NCBI RefSeq assembly: GCF_006345805.1
Contig: NC_043000.1
Location: 149,358,001-149,422,000 of the forward strand
Reading direction: 5' to 3'
DNA: 64,000 bases
From: Octopus sinensis
Lineage: Eukaryota
Below are positions 1-13,199 of this stretch, in pieces. Below the pieces are notes generated by a model that was not told the origin of the DNA, searched no databases, and saw only the letters and a list, made by a program, of their open reading frames with translations. The number at the start of each line of letters is the position of its first letter. Position 1 is the stretch's first letter. Position numbers and translations under genes: made by a program.

Positions 1-3000
1 ATTTGATGCAGTAAATTAAATTTCTGCTTTTGGAGTTCATATTCGCGTTTGTGAATATTTTCCCGATTTTTGTGTTTATATATTGGCCGGTATGTATGAA
101 TTGGCATGTGCCACATCGGCTATCATTGCATTTAGATACAGTGAATGTTTGGTCTTTGTTGCTAAGGTCAAATTTTGCCTTTGTTAGTAATTTTTTCAAG
201 TTTTTAGGCTGTCTTTTACTAAGAACCATAGCTCGATCCGTAATTATGTCTTTTAATTTATTACTTTGGGCAATGATTGGTAGGTTTGCTTTGGCAATGT
301 TGAAGATATTCTGGTGACATGGGTTGTGTGTCACTATGAATGGTATGACTCGTTCTTGTTTTCCTCTTCCTTGGGTTGTCCTAAGTTGTTGTATGGGTAT
401 TTTTATAGCCCGCTGCATGCCATTTTCTATAAGTAGAGATGGGTATTTTTGTTTGAGCAAAAATTCTCTTAGTTCTGTTAGGCGTTTGTTCCTGATATTT
501 GCATCTTCTATAATGGTAAAAATTCTTCTGGCTAGGCAGTATGGGATGTTGCGTTTTGTATGTGGTGGATGGCACGACTTAAAATTTAGGTATTGATGTG
601 TGTCTGTGTGTTTATAGTATATATCTGTGGTGATGGTGGTGTCTTTTTTAATTCCCATTATATCTAGGAATGGTAATTTGGTACTACTCATCTCCTTTGT
701 AAATTGGAGAGATGGGTGTAGGTTGTTCAGGAGGATATTGAACTCTTCCAGAGTATTTAGAGATTCTGTCCAGATTATTAAGCAGTCGTCAAGGTATCTC
801 TTCCATGCCTTTTCAATATACTTTCTAAATCCAGTGCCATAGTTTACCTCCCACCTTGGTAGAGTTGTTGTTCTAAGTATCCCATTACAGAGTTGGCGTA
901 AACGGGAGCAAACCTCGTTCCCATTGCCGTGCCTCTAATTTGGATGTAATTCTTTCCATTGAAGAAGAATGTGTTGTTTTCTAGAATAAGTTTGACTGTG
1001 TCTAATATAAATGGCACTGTGAGTCTGCTGGGAATCACTTTTCTATGTCTTCCTAACCAGTATTTAATCGCCTTTATTCCTAAATCGTTTGGAATATTGG
1101 TGTAGAGGCTTACCGCATCAAAACTTAGTAAAACTGAATTTGTTTCTGTTGTTTTGGGAAGATGGAACAGGAAGTCGATGTCATCCCTGATGAAACTAGG
1201 TATGTAAGTACATAGTGGTTTCAAAACAATGTCAATAAAATTGCTTAGTCGGTGGGTAGGGCATGCTGGACCAGCTATGATAGGTCTAAGTTTTAGGTCT
1301 TTTGGATGTAGTAATTTTATGTACTCACTTTCTTGTTCTTTTACTGCCTGTTGAATATCTTTTGATTTATGTATTTTCGGTAAGCCGTAGAAGTTGCTGG
1401 GTTTTGGTTCGAAATTGGTGATGTAGTCTCTTCCATTATCGATAAGTGAGTTGTAGTGTTTTGAGATTAGGTTGTTGATCTTTTTCATGATGTGGTGGTC
1501 TGTATTTGAGGGTATTTCACAATAGAAGGTTGTGTCCTTCAGTTGGTCCTCAACCAAATCCTTATAGTATTCTGTATCCATAATAATAATTGCCCCACCT
1601 TTATCTGCTTGTTTAATTATTATTGTTTGATCGTTTTGTATACGTTTACATGCAGACATCTCTGATTTGTTGATGTTTGGCCTAACATTAGTTTTGTGTC
1701 TAAGGGGAAATTTAGACAGGATATCAATGTATTGGTCAAGATAGTTATTTCTTCCTTTTGGTGGGGTGAAATTTGATTTATTCCTTACTAGGGATTCATC
1801 AATCTCATTACTTTTGTTAGCGAAGAATTCTACAAATCGTAATTTTCGACAGAATTTTTGGATATCCTCCTTTAATTCTTGGTGGTTGGCTGTTGGTGTA
1901 GGTGTGAATTTCAGTCCTTTTGACAGAAGTTGGATTTCATCAATGTCAAGATCTCTTTTTGATAAATTAATTATTTTAGGATCTATACGTTCAGTTGTTT
2001 TGGGTATGTTTCCTCTTGGATTTTTTCTTTCTCCGGTGTTTGTTGTCCTAACGTAAAAAAATGGATTTTTTTCTGTTTATGATTTATATTCCTGTTGATG
2101 TTTGCTTGATGAATTTTGCGTTTTGGTTGTGGTATTTTACTTGGTTTCGTTATGTTTTCAGTTTTGTTTTTGGTATTATGTATACTATTTTTCAATTTCT
2201 TGTTAGTATTGTTTTTAACCACCTGGGGAAATGATCTGGGTTTACTTCCAGATCTAGATCGGTTTTTCGTCCAGTTTCTTGTGGGTAATCTCTGTTGAGG
2301 TCTTGAAAATGATCTCCTGTTATTTCTACTGCTAATGGTCTGATCAAAAGAATATCTATTTTGTTTGTGCTTTTTGTTCATGTTGTGTGCATTAGGGTGT
2401 TTGCATACAAAAAGGGAAGAGTTCTTACCGTAGTTCGTCTTCGATTCGTGGTGAAACGGGTGTTCATGTTGCCACGTGTTCTGGCGTATGTTGCGTTGGT
2501 GAGGTTGTCCACTTTTATGCTATTTCTCAGAGTTCTGGTGTCTTTACCGTAATTTGTAGCATATTTGTCGAGAAATAATTGTTTCCTGCTGCCAAAACTT
2601 TCTTGATCTGCTTTCTTCTTTTGAGATATCTCTGGTCCATAGTTCTCGCATTTTTTCTGCTATATTGCCGGTCGTTAGTTTGGATATTTCGTCTCTGATT
2701 TGATCATCGATAGCTTCGTATTTGGCTTTGTAGCGGGATTGTTTAGACAGGGTAATGGAGATGTCGGTCCTGAATTTTATCAAACTAGTTTTGTTTCTTC
2801 CTCTGGTTCTCCTGCAATTTCATTAATTAGGTACTTCTAAAGATATCCATTCCGAATGTATTTCAGCATATTTTTCGCATTTATATGCCTTCCAGAAGTT
2901 TTGTTTTTCTATGTTGTAAGGAGTTTTTTCCATGTCTTCCGTATCTCTTCTCTTTTTTTCGGTGTGCCTCTTTTTCCAGATTTCTTTCGTTTATTCTGAC

Positions 3001-3241
3001 ATCCAAGGAGGTTGTGGTAGGCTTTCTCTTGTAGATTTTATAATTGTTGGTATCATTTCAGCTAAATTCTTAATTTCAGAGTTTATATGTTCATTTCCAA
3101 GTTTTCCGTCTATAGACTGTTTTTCTCTATTTCCTTTAAATAGAGGATTGTCTGTCAATCATCGTGATGAGTGTTGATAATTTCGATGAAATTTCCATTA
3201 GAATTCTTTCTGATTCTGTTAATTTTGTTTGTTGCTTTCCA

Positions 3242-3244
<3 letters not shown>
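1..3244 (-). mobile_element. Penelope-like retroelement, decayed (RT plus start of GIY-YIG endonuclease), running off the left edge
   Basis: ORF 844-1659 has PLE RT motifs KQADKGGAIIIM, FYGLPKIHK, LRPII, SFDAVSLYTNIP and GTAMG. After a frameshift, RYLDDC lies at ~782-800 and LPFLDI at ~660-678. The Cys-rich linker and NLIYCIK lie at ~1-130. Confidence 0.9.
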
Positions 3245-3330
<86 letters not shown>

Positions 3331-3579
3331 CATACATATATACATACATATATATATATATATTATATATATATATATTATATAATATATATATACATAT
3401 ATTATATATAATATATATATATATATATAATATATATACATACATCTACATACATATATATATTAATATATATATATTATATATATACATATATATATAT
3501 ATATACATACATATACATATACATACATATATATAATATCTATATATATATATATATATATAATATATATGTATGTATG

Positions 3580-3613
<34 letters not shown>

Positions 3614-3641
3614 ATATATATATTATGTATGTATGTATATA

Positions 3642-3689
<48 letters not shown>

Positions 3690-3840
3690 GAAAGCAACAA
3701 ACAAAATTAACAGAATCAGAAAGAATTCTAATGGAAATTTCATCGAAATTATCAACACTCATCACGATGATTGACACACAATCCTCTATTTTAAAGGAAA
3801 TAGAAAAACAGTCTACAGACGGAAAAGTTGGAAATGAACA
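3088..3840. repeat. ~155-bp inverted repeat (3088-3244 vs 3685-3840) flanking a (TA)n tract
   Basis: The arms are near-perfect reverse complements, e.g. ...gtttgttgctttccaaca / tgttggaaagcaacaaac... Confidence 0.9.
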
Positions 3841-3855
3841 TATATATATAATATA

Positions 3856-4903
3856 TTAAGGTATGTAGAAAAATACAACATGGACAAGAACGTATAACTC
3901 TTTAAGACGATACAATAACATGGACAGGACATTCGAACCCCTCAGTCTTCAGTCAAGAACCGGATCATCGTAGTAATTTCGGCTTGATTAATCTTGAGAT
4001 TACTAGATCACGGCCAGCCCTCCAAGAAAAACTAAGCAACGAGCATTAGAAAAACTAAGCTGGAAGCGTAGATTTCCTGGAAGAAGGATCGAATGCATAC
4101 GAACACCAGGACAGCAAAAGGGACAGATATAAAAAAACAAAAAACAATAATGGAATACAGAAACATGAAATACAGAAGCATTAACGGTGAAAACAACAAG
4201 TGTCTTACGACTGATAACAGCAAACAAATTTTTTCTCTGGCGCATTGGAAAAAGCCTTTATAGCGGCGGACGAAAAACAACGATGTTAACACGACGAGGG
4301 TCAGGAGCTGAAAGGCAGATTTCGGCCAACAGTCACGTGACAGAGAAGAGGGAAAAGAAAAGAAAGAGAAGCAAAGGAAGAGAGAGAGACAAAAGGGGGA
4401 CAAAACGCAACAAAGAGAGAGAAGAGAGAGAAGAAGGAATCAGAGAGGAGAAGGGATGGGTGTCGAAGAATGACCTGTGAGTGCAGAGCGAGACAAAGAA
4501 ATAGGAGGGTAGTGGAAGACTAGACCAAAGGATCAGAGGAAAGAGAAGATGAATAGAGAGAAAAGAGAGAGAGGGGGGGGACAGATCAAGTAAAAATGAG
4601 AGAGAGAGAGAGAGACAAACAGAGAGTCGTACCAATTATTAAGAATATGTGTTCACATTAATGATAAGGGGGGTACGGGGCGCCTGGAATATATTTAAGG
4701 TATGTAGAAAAATACAACATGGACAAGAACGTATAACTCTTAGAAGACGATACAATAAACATGGACAGGACATTCGAACCCCTCAGTCTCAGTCAAGAAC
4801 CGGATCATCGTAGTAATTTCGGCTGATTAATCTTGAGATTACTAGATCACGGCCAGCCCTCCAAGAAAAACTAAGCAACGAGCATTAGAAAAACTAAGCT
4901 GGA
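3856..4903 (-). mobile_element. Non-coding element with ~205-bp direct repeats (3856-4064 and 4695-4903), probably tandem pseudo-LTRs of a Penelope-like element
   Basis: The near-identical repeats read ttaaggtatgtagaaaaatacaac...aaaactaagctgga. The minus strand has a hammerhead-like ggctg...cagcc-GAAA, but the core is degenerate. Confidence 0.5.
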
Positions 4904-4996
4904 GTATGTATATGTATGTATATAATATTATATATACATACATTACATACATATATATATATATATATATAATATATATATTATATATTATATATA

Positions 4997-5028
<32 letters not shown>

Positions 5029-5649
5029 TATATATATATATATATATATATTATAATCTTCCAATACTGAAACCTGTGTAGTTCCTGCATAATTGATAAT
5101 TTTAATTTTAACTTAAGTATGAGATAATTAAGGAATTATATTTTATCACCTGGTGGTATACTGTTTATATCCTTTAAAGTATTATTTCATGATGTGCAAA
5201 TAGATATCACGATATACTCATTTGGTTATTTTTTTACATTATCTGAAATTAAATACCCGCATATCTATTAATCATCATTATTATTATTGTTTTCTATTGT
5301 ATATTTTGAAATAATGAAATTATTGTATGCAGTGCTCAGGTGCACCACAACTTGCCAAAAGTGCATATAAAACGTATGCAGTAATGTACAAATGTCTGGG
5401 AAGCGAACAGCGTATGAGTCAGATAGATGCTTGCTTGTGTGTATGGAGGGGAGAAAATCAGGTGTAGTGTTGGCGAATCTCAGGAAGCATGAAAGTTTTG
5501 AAGGATGCAGTGCCCCGACATTTTGTATATTTCTAGATAAATATATGATAATCAAGATCCCACAGTACAATATACAGATGCATGTAATGCTAAAGGGTTG
5601 TGCCTGATTTATTTGGTAATTCGTTGCTCCCAAATTATTTAAATTACTA

Positions 5650-5927
5650 TATGTATGTAGGTATGTACGCATGTATGTATGTATGTATGTTTGTATGTAA
5701 GTATTATGTATGTATGTATGTATGTTTGTATGTATGTTTGTATGTATGTATGTATGTATGTATGTATGTATGTTTGTTTGTATGTATGCATGTATGTATG
5801 TATGTATGTATGTTTGTTTGTATGTTTGTATGTATGTATGTATGTATGTATGTATGTATGTATGTTTGTATGTATGTATGTATGTATGTATGTATGTATG
5901 TATGTATGTATGTATGTATGTATGTAT
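5650..5927. repeat. (TATG)n microsatellite
   Basis: Read directly from the sequence. Confidence 0.95.
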
Positions 5928-7325
5928 GGGTTCCCACCCTAAACACCCCAAGCTCTCCATCCCCATTTATCCGTCTACGCAGGCTTTGCCGTAACAACCA
6001 TGACTTTGAGATTCAGTCTCAACTCATGGCTTGCCACTTCTTCCTGCGTGGATATCCCCTCACCACTATCCACACCGCCTTTGCCAGTGCATGTTCTGTG
6101 GACCATGCATCTTATCTCTCCTCCAGCACCTGCCCCGCCGTCACCCGTCTCCCGTTTCCCCCTCGCGTACCACTCCACCACCCTACTTCTCCAACGCACC
6201 ATTCTCTGAGCCTTCCGGCAACTCCAGTCCGACCCGTCCACTTCGTACATCTTCCCTAACCGACTTCAAACGAGCCCACGAACTACGAGATCTCTTAGAC
6301 CACAGCTTCTTCCCTAACCCAACCTCCCGACATGGCTTGTTTCCCTGCTCCTGCCCACGCTACAGCACGTGCCCTTACCTCTCCAACAACACCCTCCTCA
6401 CAGGCACCAATCATCGACCCTATCATATCACTGACTCCTTCGCCTGCATTTCTAGCAACATCATCTACTGCATCTCCTGCTCTCTCTGTCCTTCATCTAT
6501 ACATTGGTCAAACGGGACGCCGCTTGGCTGACCAGCTCGTGGAACACCTCCAAGACATCAAACTCAGTAACGACACCCCTGTCTCGCGCCATTTCGGCTC
6601 TACCGGTCACACTTTACAACACCTGTCTGTGTTCGGATTGTCCTTGCACAGGTGCCATCCGGACTCCCATCTTCGCTGGGAGCAGGGATTAATCTTCTCT
6701 CTTTGCTCCTTTGCATCACATGGGCTCAACTTTCCTCCCCTCTTCATCTAACCCTCTTCCTCTCACATCTACTTACTCCCACCCAGTTCTCTTTTGCTCC
6801 GACACCGACTTCCTCTCTTCACTCATTACCTCACCTCTACACATTCCAGCCTACCATCCTTATACATCCCATTCCAACCCCACCCTTGCTTCCCCACTCT
6901 CACCTGCCCCACACCCCAACACCACCACATCACCACACCACCCTGTACACGCTAGCACTAACCACTTCTAGCACCCACACCATCATCCACACATACACAC
7001 GTCAAGTTCACCATCCCCCTTCCACACGCAAATAAATGCTCTCACATACACACGCACATCTTCGTTTTGGGATCACCACTACTTTATTGTTTGTTTTCTC
7101 TTTTTCCTAGTCTCCCGTATGATCCCTCTGACCGGCGTTCGCCATGATAGATCGGTAGACAGTAAAACTTTTTCTATTTTCTCTCTCTGTTTGTTCCTGT
7201 GTTCCTTTCTGTCGAAGAGCATAGGCTCGAAACATAGAAAGCATTCTCTCATTTCAGTAAATTAATACATCTGTTTGTTGCTTACACACCCGTCTTCGTC
7301 TTCTGTTTTCTTTGTAAATTCTCAC
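5928..7325 (+). mobile_element. 5'-truncated Penelope-like element (RT C-terminus, GIY-YIG endonuclease, 3' pLTR)
   Basis: Translations include SHPKH...RLRRLC...RGYP and C-x2-C...NIIYCISC / LYIGQTGRRL...EH...PVSRHF...E...HGLN, with frameshifts. Confidence 0.88.
7205..7241 (+). ncRNA. Minimal type I hammerhead ribozyme-like motif (variant core)
   Basis: ctttct-gtcGAAGA-gc atag gc tc-GAAAC-ata-gaaag. Stem I is ctttc/gaaag and stem II is gagc/gctc. It lies in the PLE 3' region. Confidence 0.55.
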
Positions 7326-7426
7326 TACACACACATATATATCTATATATGTATATATATAGGCATGTATGTATATATGTGTGTGTGTGTGTCTGTGTTT
7401 ATATATATACATATATATATATATAT

Positions 7427-7845
7427 AGGCGCAGGAGTGGCTTTGTGGTAAGTAGCTTGTTTACCAGCCACATGGTTCCGGGTTCAGTCCCACTGTGTGG
7501 CACCTTGGGCAAGTGTCTTCTACTATAGCCTCGGGTTGACCAAAACCTTGTGAGTGGATTCGGTAGGCGGAACCTGAAAGAAGCCTGTCGTATATATGTA
7601 CATATATATATATATAAGTGTGTGTGTGTGATTGTGTATCTGTGCTTGCGCCCCCCCAACATCGCTTGACTACCGATGCTGGTGTGTTTACGTCCCTGTA
7701 ACTTAGCGGTTTGGCAAAAGAGACCGATAGAATAAGTACTAGGCTTACAATGAATAAGTCCTGGGGTCGATTTGCTCGACAAAAGGCGGTGCTCCAGCAT
7801 GGTCACAGTCAAATGACTGAAATAAGTAAAAGAGAGTAAAAAGAG
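7427..7845 (+). mobile_element. tRNA-derived SINE, family A
   Basis: Head aggcgcaggagtggct with A-box and B-box (ggttcagtccc) motifs, a CORE-like ccttgggcaagtg, and tail ggcggtgctccagcatgg...gactgaaa..gtaaaagag. About 10 copies occur in the window. Confidence 0.9.
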
Positions 7846-7918
7846 TATATATATATATCCATACATATATATATATATATCCATGGATATATATATATCC
7901 ATTCACATAATATATATA

Positions 7919-7957
<39 letters not shown>

Positions 7958-8164
7958 TATATATAATATATATATATATATATGCATATACATATATATA
8001 TGCATGTATATATATATATATATAATATATATATACATATATTTATATATTTATAAAAATATGCATACATGCATATATATCCATACATATATATATATAT
8101 ATATAATTTTATTTTTTATTTTTATTATTTTTTATTTATTTATTTTTATCTATTTTTATTTATT

Positions 8165-9780
8165 TTATCTAGTTTCAGCTCACGAGCTGTGGCCATGCTG
8201 GGGCACCGCCATTTGGTGTTGCTACGTGATTTTACTTCACGAATGCTTTTTAGCAATTGCCATTTGGGGCATGAGAGAGTTCGATGCAGCTGCCCTCATC
8301 TGCATCTCCTGTCGGGAAGTTGGTTCATCCGGGACACCTGACAGGAAGAGATCCAGTTTTATTTTAAAGACATCTGCATCCACCCCATGTAGGTCTCTCA
8401 GGTTCTTCGGAAGGATATTGAAGAGCTGTGGGCCTCTGAAGCCCAGGCTACACAGTATCTTGTCCTGCATCTTGATGGCAAATTTGGAGTCCTTGCACTA
8501 TGCAGTAGCGCCCAGTTCTAGTATTTGTGTAACTCTCGATGCCAAAGTTTGGGACAAGTCCTTCTAGGATCTTCCATATGTATATTTTGGCATATCTCTC
8601 TCGCCTACGCTCTAAGGAATAGAGTCTTAATCTCTTGAGTCTTTCCCAGTAGCTTATATGTTGCACAGAGGCTATCTTCTTCGTGTAGCTTCGTTGGATC
8701 GCCTCAAGTTCTGTGATTAACTTGACACTGGATGGTGACCATAGCTGAAATCATTGGTCAAAGTGGCTTAGGACAAGTGTCCTCCAGAGGACCATCATGG
8801 TTTCCTGGTCTCTTGTTCTAAAGGTTCTAAGAATCCATCCGATCAGCCGCCTACATTTCATTGCTAATTTAGCAACATACCCATGAAAGGTCGCATCATC
8901 ACTCATGTAAATACCCAGGTCTCGCACTGATTGTGCCTCTGGGATTGCAATCCCTCCAGGTCCAGTGTATTTATTGGGTATTGCATTTAGTTTTGCATGC
9001 TGATAGCATAAAGCTTGAAACTTTTCAACATTGAACTGCATGCTATTCTTTTCAGCCCACTTGTATATTTTGTCCAGCTCACATTGCAGGTGCATAGTGT
9101 CTTCAGGGTTCTGTATTGCCTGCGAAACTTTTGTATCATCTGCATAACTTGTGATCGTGGCTCTCTGCGTGGCTGAGGGCATGTCTGAGAGGGCCATTAT
9201 GAACAGTAGTGGTCCCAAAACAGTGCCTTGCGGAACACCGCTAACTATTTGCGTGTTAATGGAAGTGACCCCATTGGCTGCTACCACCTGGCCTCTATCC
9301 TTCAGAAAGTCATGAAGCCATTCTCCCAATTTTCCAACTATGCTAAGATCATGCAGTTTGTGACATATCATTCCATGATCGACTTAATCAAAGGCCTTTG
9401 CAAAATCGAGATATATGACTTCCACATATGAGTGGTTGAGCAGTCATTTCAGCACCCAGTCATAGTGTTGTAGGAGCTGAGTTAGGCAGCTTCTTCCTGG
9501 TCGGAAACCATGCTGGGTGTCAGGCAGCAAGTCATTTTCTTCAAAGAAGGTGATTATTTTCCTTCTGACTATTCGTTCCATGGCCTTGCTGATGTGTGAG
9601 GTCAGAGAGATAGGTCTGTAGTACTTGGCCTCCGCTCTGCTACCTCCTTTATGAATAGGGCATATTTTACCTTCCTTCAGTTTTCTTGGAAGTTTGCCAG
9701 TTGCAAGGAAGCTCTGAAAGAGGAACTGCAGTGTTCTTGCTAGGACTCTCTTACATACTTTTAGAAGGATTGCTGGGAAT
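8165..9780 (-). mobile_element. 5'-truncated CR1/L2-group LINE (RT and 3' UTR)
   Basis: Motifs QHGFR, DFAKAFD, GVPQGTVLGPLLF, YADD, VRDLGI and YSLERRRERY, followed by an A-rich tail. Confidence 0.9.
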
Positions 9781-10053
9781 ACATATACACATATATACGT
9801 ACATATATATACTCGTCAATAAGACGAGTATAAATATATTTTCCTAGTTTATAAGGTTTTATTTAATATACATATAGTCATATACTTCTCATTTATTTAA
9901 CTTTTCCTTAATTTATCCCTCCTCTTTCTATATGCTACCTCTGACGTTATATCATATAACGTTTTTTCAAACAATAGCGTTCACTATACATATCACTATA
10001 CATATCGATCATTTTCTGTTAAAATGTCTTATCGACGAGTTTCATTTCTTCAC

Positions 10054-10142
10054 TTCCCTGAAGAGAAGATTACATTGTTTTACACCATTTTATTCCTTTG
10101 GAATAATATCAATGATATCTTCGAAACATGTGTCGGAGGGAA
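10054..10142 (+). ncRNA. Type I hammerhead ribozyme motif in a probable PLE pseudo-LTR fragment (~9800-10305)
   Basis: ttcc-CTGAAGA-gaagat...atcttc-GAAAC-atgt-GTC-ggagggaa. The core is intact, stem II is gaagat/atcttc, stem III is palindromic, and the cleavage triplet is GUC. Confidence 0.75.
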
Positions 10143-10350
10143 AAGTATTTGAATTACACCTGCGTTAAACTCCATTTATTTATTTATATATTATACAAAA
10201 AATTTCACGTAAACCCGAAGTTTCTACCTTTAAAAACAAGGAGTTACAATCTCTTGTGTGATTTTTTGCTACCTTGGTAACTATTTATCTATTTTTCCGT
10301 GTTAATTGTTAACAAGGGAAAATACACACATATATTTATATATACATATG

Positions 10351-10446
<96 letters not shown>

Positions 10447-10513
10447 GTATGTATATATAGATTTATATATATACATATGTATATATATCCATATGTATAT
10501 ATACATAGGTATA

Positions 10514-10545
<32 letters not shown>

Positions 10546-10549
10546 TATT

Positions 10550-10596
<47 letters not shown>

Positions 10597-10955
10597 ATAT
10601 ATATGTGTGTGTGTGTGTGTGTGAGTGTGTGTATGTATGTATGTATACATGTTGGTGTGTTTCCATCCGTTTAACCCAGTGGTTCGGCAAAAGAGACTGA
10701 TAGAATAAGTACTAGGCTCACAAAGTGTAAGTACTGGGGTTAAAAGACTGAAACAAATCAAATAAAATATACATATATATATATGCATATATATATGTAT
10801 ATGCATGTATATATGTATATATATATATGTATACATATGTATATGTATATATATATATATGTATATATGTATATATATGTATATATATGTGTGTATATAT
10901 ATATAGATATATGCATATATATATGTATATATATATATATGTGTGTGTATATATC

Positions 10956-13180
10956 AGTGGCGTGCGGTGACTTCCGGCGTTGGGCATGCAATGAATTTCA
11001 TTGCCACCACCCCACCCCCATTGGCAATTTTTCTGTAAAACATTTTCGTATTCCTACGATTTACATATAAGAGATTCTGAATATGCAATCACCCCCGTAT
11101 GACCTAGAATAAACAGGGAATAAAAAAAATGGCTGTGTAGAGATGAGCCTGAAATAAGTGTATTGTTTGTATTATTCTTTGCTCTTCGAAACGTCAGTAC
11201 TTTCCCATCATCATTCTCCCTTAGAAAAGTCTAAAAATCATAAGCGAAATGTAATAAAGATGAAATTGGATTCTGTCAATATTTTTGCATATTCAGAATC
11301 TCTGTTAAAGGTAGGAATCCGAAAAAAAATTTTCACATAAATTCGTTTTTCAAAGAGGTGCGATTCTGCATTAGCCCCTATACCTATTGGTTGAGCTGAA
11401 TGAAATGATTTAATTAAAAGAACACATTTAGTTACATTATATGTCCATGGTTTTAGATCGTTACGCTCTCGAAAACAAGTCAGGTGCTTTATCATGCTGC
11501 TTGTCAATTCCGGGAAAATTATTGATACTCAAGCAGACTGTTCTGAGACTTACTCCGTATATTAAAAGACTACGTCTCACGCACACACATTGAAAATACA
11601 CGCATATACATGAATTCACACACAATGAAAGACAGCGAAAATTCAACATTGTAAAAAGCCTCCTAAAATTGTTGTGGCAGAAGTCAACATTTCTGAGATT
11701 GAAACAAGACACTTATCGAAAGTGAAACAAGAAACTTATTTACGGCCATAAATAGACTACACCCAGCAGCACAGAAAGGGAAATCTATGTAGGTTAGGTT
11801 TCACGAAGAAATCGAAACATTTCTCCTGCGAAACAATACTGATGTAAGAAGGTCGAACCTTTCGTTATAACAAACACTAAGCAAAACCTGTAATATATGC
11901 TATTTAATATATTAATTTTTTTTATGATTTAAAATGTTATTTACCTCTTTTATAAATTAATTCAATTCTTCGATCTTTCTGGGCAAATAAATCTATCACA
12001 TTTTCATAGAAATCTTCTCTTTTCATCAATTCTTGTAATAAATCTTTTTCAATTGACATTAGTGCTAACCCAGACAGTCTTCTTTCTCCTGTCGCATTTC
12101 TTCGGTATGTTTTAATTCTACTTAATGCAGAAAAGGATCGCTCTACAGAAGCAGTGGTAGACAGAATTGTCAAAATCAACTTGCACAGATTGAAGAGTTC
12201 TGGCATAGCTTCAACAAGATCACTGCTGTTAATGTAACTCATTAAATGACTTACACTTGGTTTTTAAAAATCTTTCATTGAATACATCACATTGAGCTCA
12301 CTTTGAAATCGTATTACATCAAAAAATCTGCCATAAGTTGTTCTTAAAGAATCTAAAGAGTCCACAGGAAATTGTTTGCAATACTCATCAACTTTGTTGA
12401 AATTCAAAAGTTCCATGAATTTAAACTCTTCTAAGGATGAATATCGTGCTTTTATTTGGTCAACTATTGTACTGATAATTTTGTTATAAAGCATTCTATA
12501 ATGTCGTTGGGGATCAATAGATATATTCTTGGATCTCTGAATTCCGATTCCTGCATCGACTCCATATTTTTCCCCTAACCTATCATAAAAGATTGAAAAA
12601 TTATCAAGTTTGTTTTCGAGTACAGTTCTAGTTTTATCTATTTGCTCTTTACAATACACTATGTCATGACTTTTACTCTGGGGTATGTTAAATAAGACGT
12701 CAGTAAAAGAAAAAATGTCACTGAATACTTCTAACAAAATAAGAAATCAGGAGCTTTTAAAGTGTGTAAGAATCCAATTGCTGAATTTATGGTGGTATCA
12801 TCCCATGCTTCAGGATTTTCAATGATGTGTTCAAAAAGGCTGATTATGAAATTATAATTTTCCTTTGTGGTAATAATAAGACGTGAGGAGTAATTCCATC
12901 TAGTTGCTGTTGCTTTCGGAAATCTTTTTTTAACAATGTTATCTAATGCATTAGCCCTTTTCGGTGATTTCGTAAAACATGTACCGAGTCCGTTTATTGT
13001 AGAAAAAAATATCTTGCATTCTTTCATAGCAGAGCAGGATTTTGAAAGAACTAAATTTAGGATATGGGCACAACAATGAATAAAGATCGCACATTCATAT
13101 TTCTTTCTTACTTTTGCCTGTAACCCATTTAGTTGTCCTGCCATTGAAGCGGCACTATCATATGTCTGTGCAATCAATTT
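10956..13180 (-). mobile_element. hAT DNA transposon (Tip100/ZMYM1-like), 5'-truncated, frameshifted transposase
   Basis: ORFs 12731-13177 (QTYD...GLQA...HCCAHILNL), 12264-12737 and 11937-12242 (dimerisation domain ASVERSFSALSRIKT). A terminal CAGTGGCGTGCGG lies at 10956. Confidence 0.88.
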
Positions 13181-13199
13181 AATTAATTTTAATTAATTT

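Noticed and set aside
3155-3859. Long YI/IY-rich ORFs (also at 7.7-8.1, 10.3-11.0 and 15.9-16.4 kb)
   Set aside because: They are translations of (TA)n/(CA)n microsatellites.
5268-6259. THTYI/MYVC repeat ORFs
   Set aside because: They derive from the (TATG)n microsatellite; only the part after 5928 is PLE-derived.
11700-11800. Possible non-coding first exon or promoter of the HtrL-like gene
   Set aside because: It lies inside the hAT element, and nothing beyond a donor-like motif supports it.
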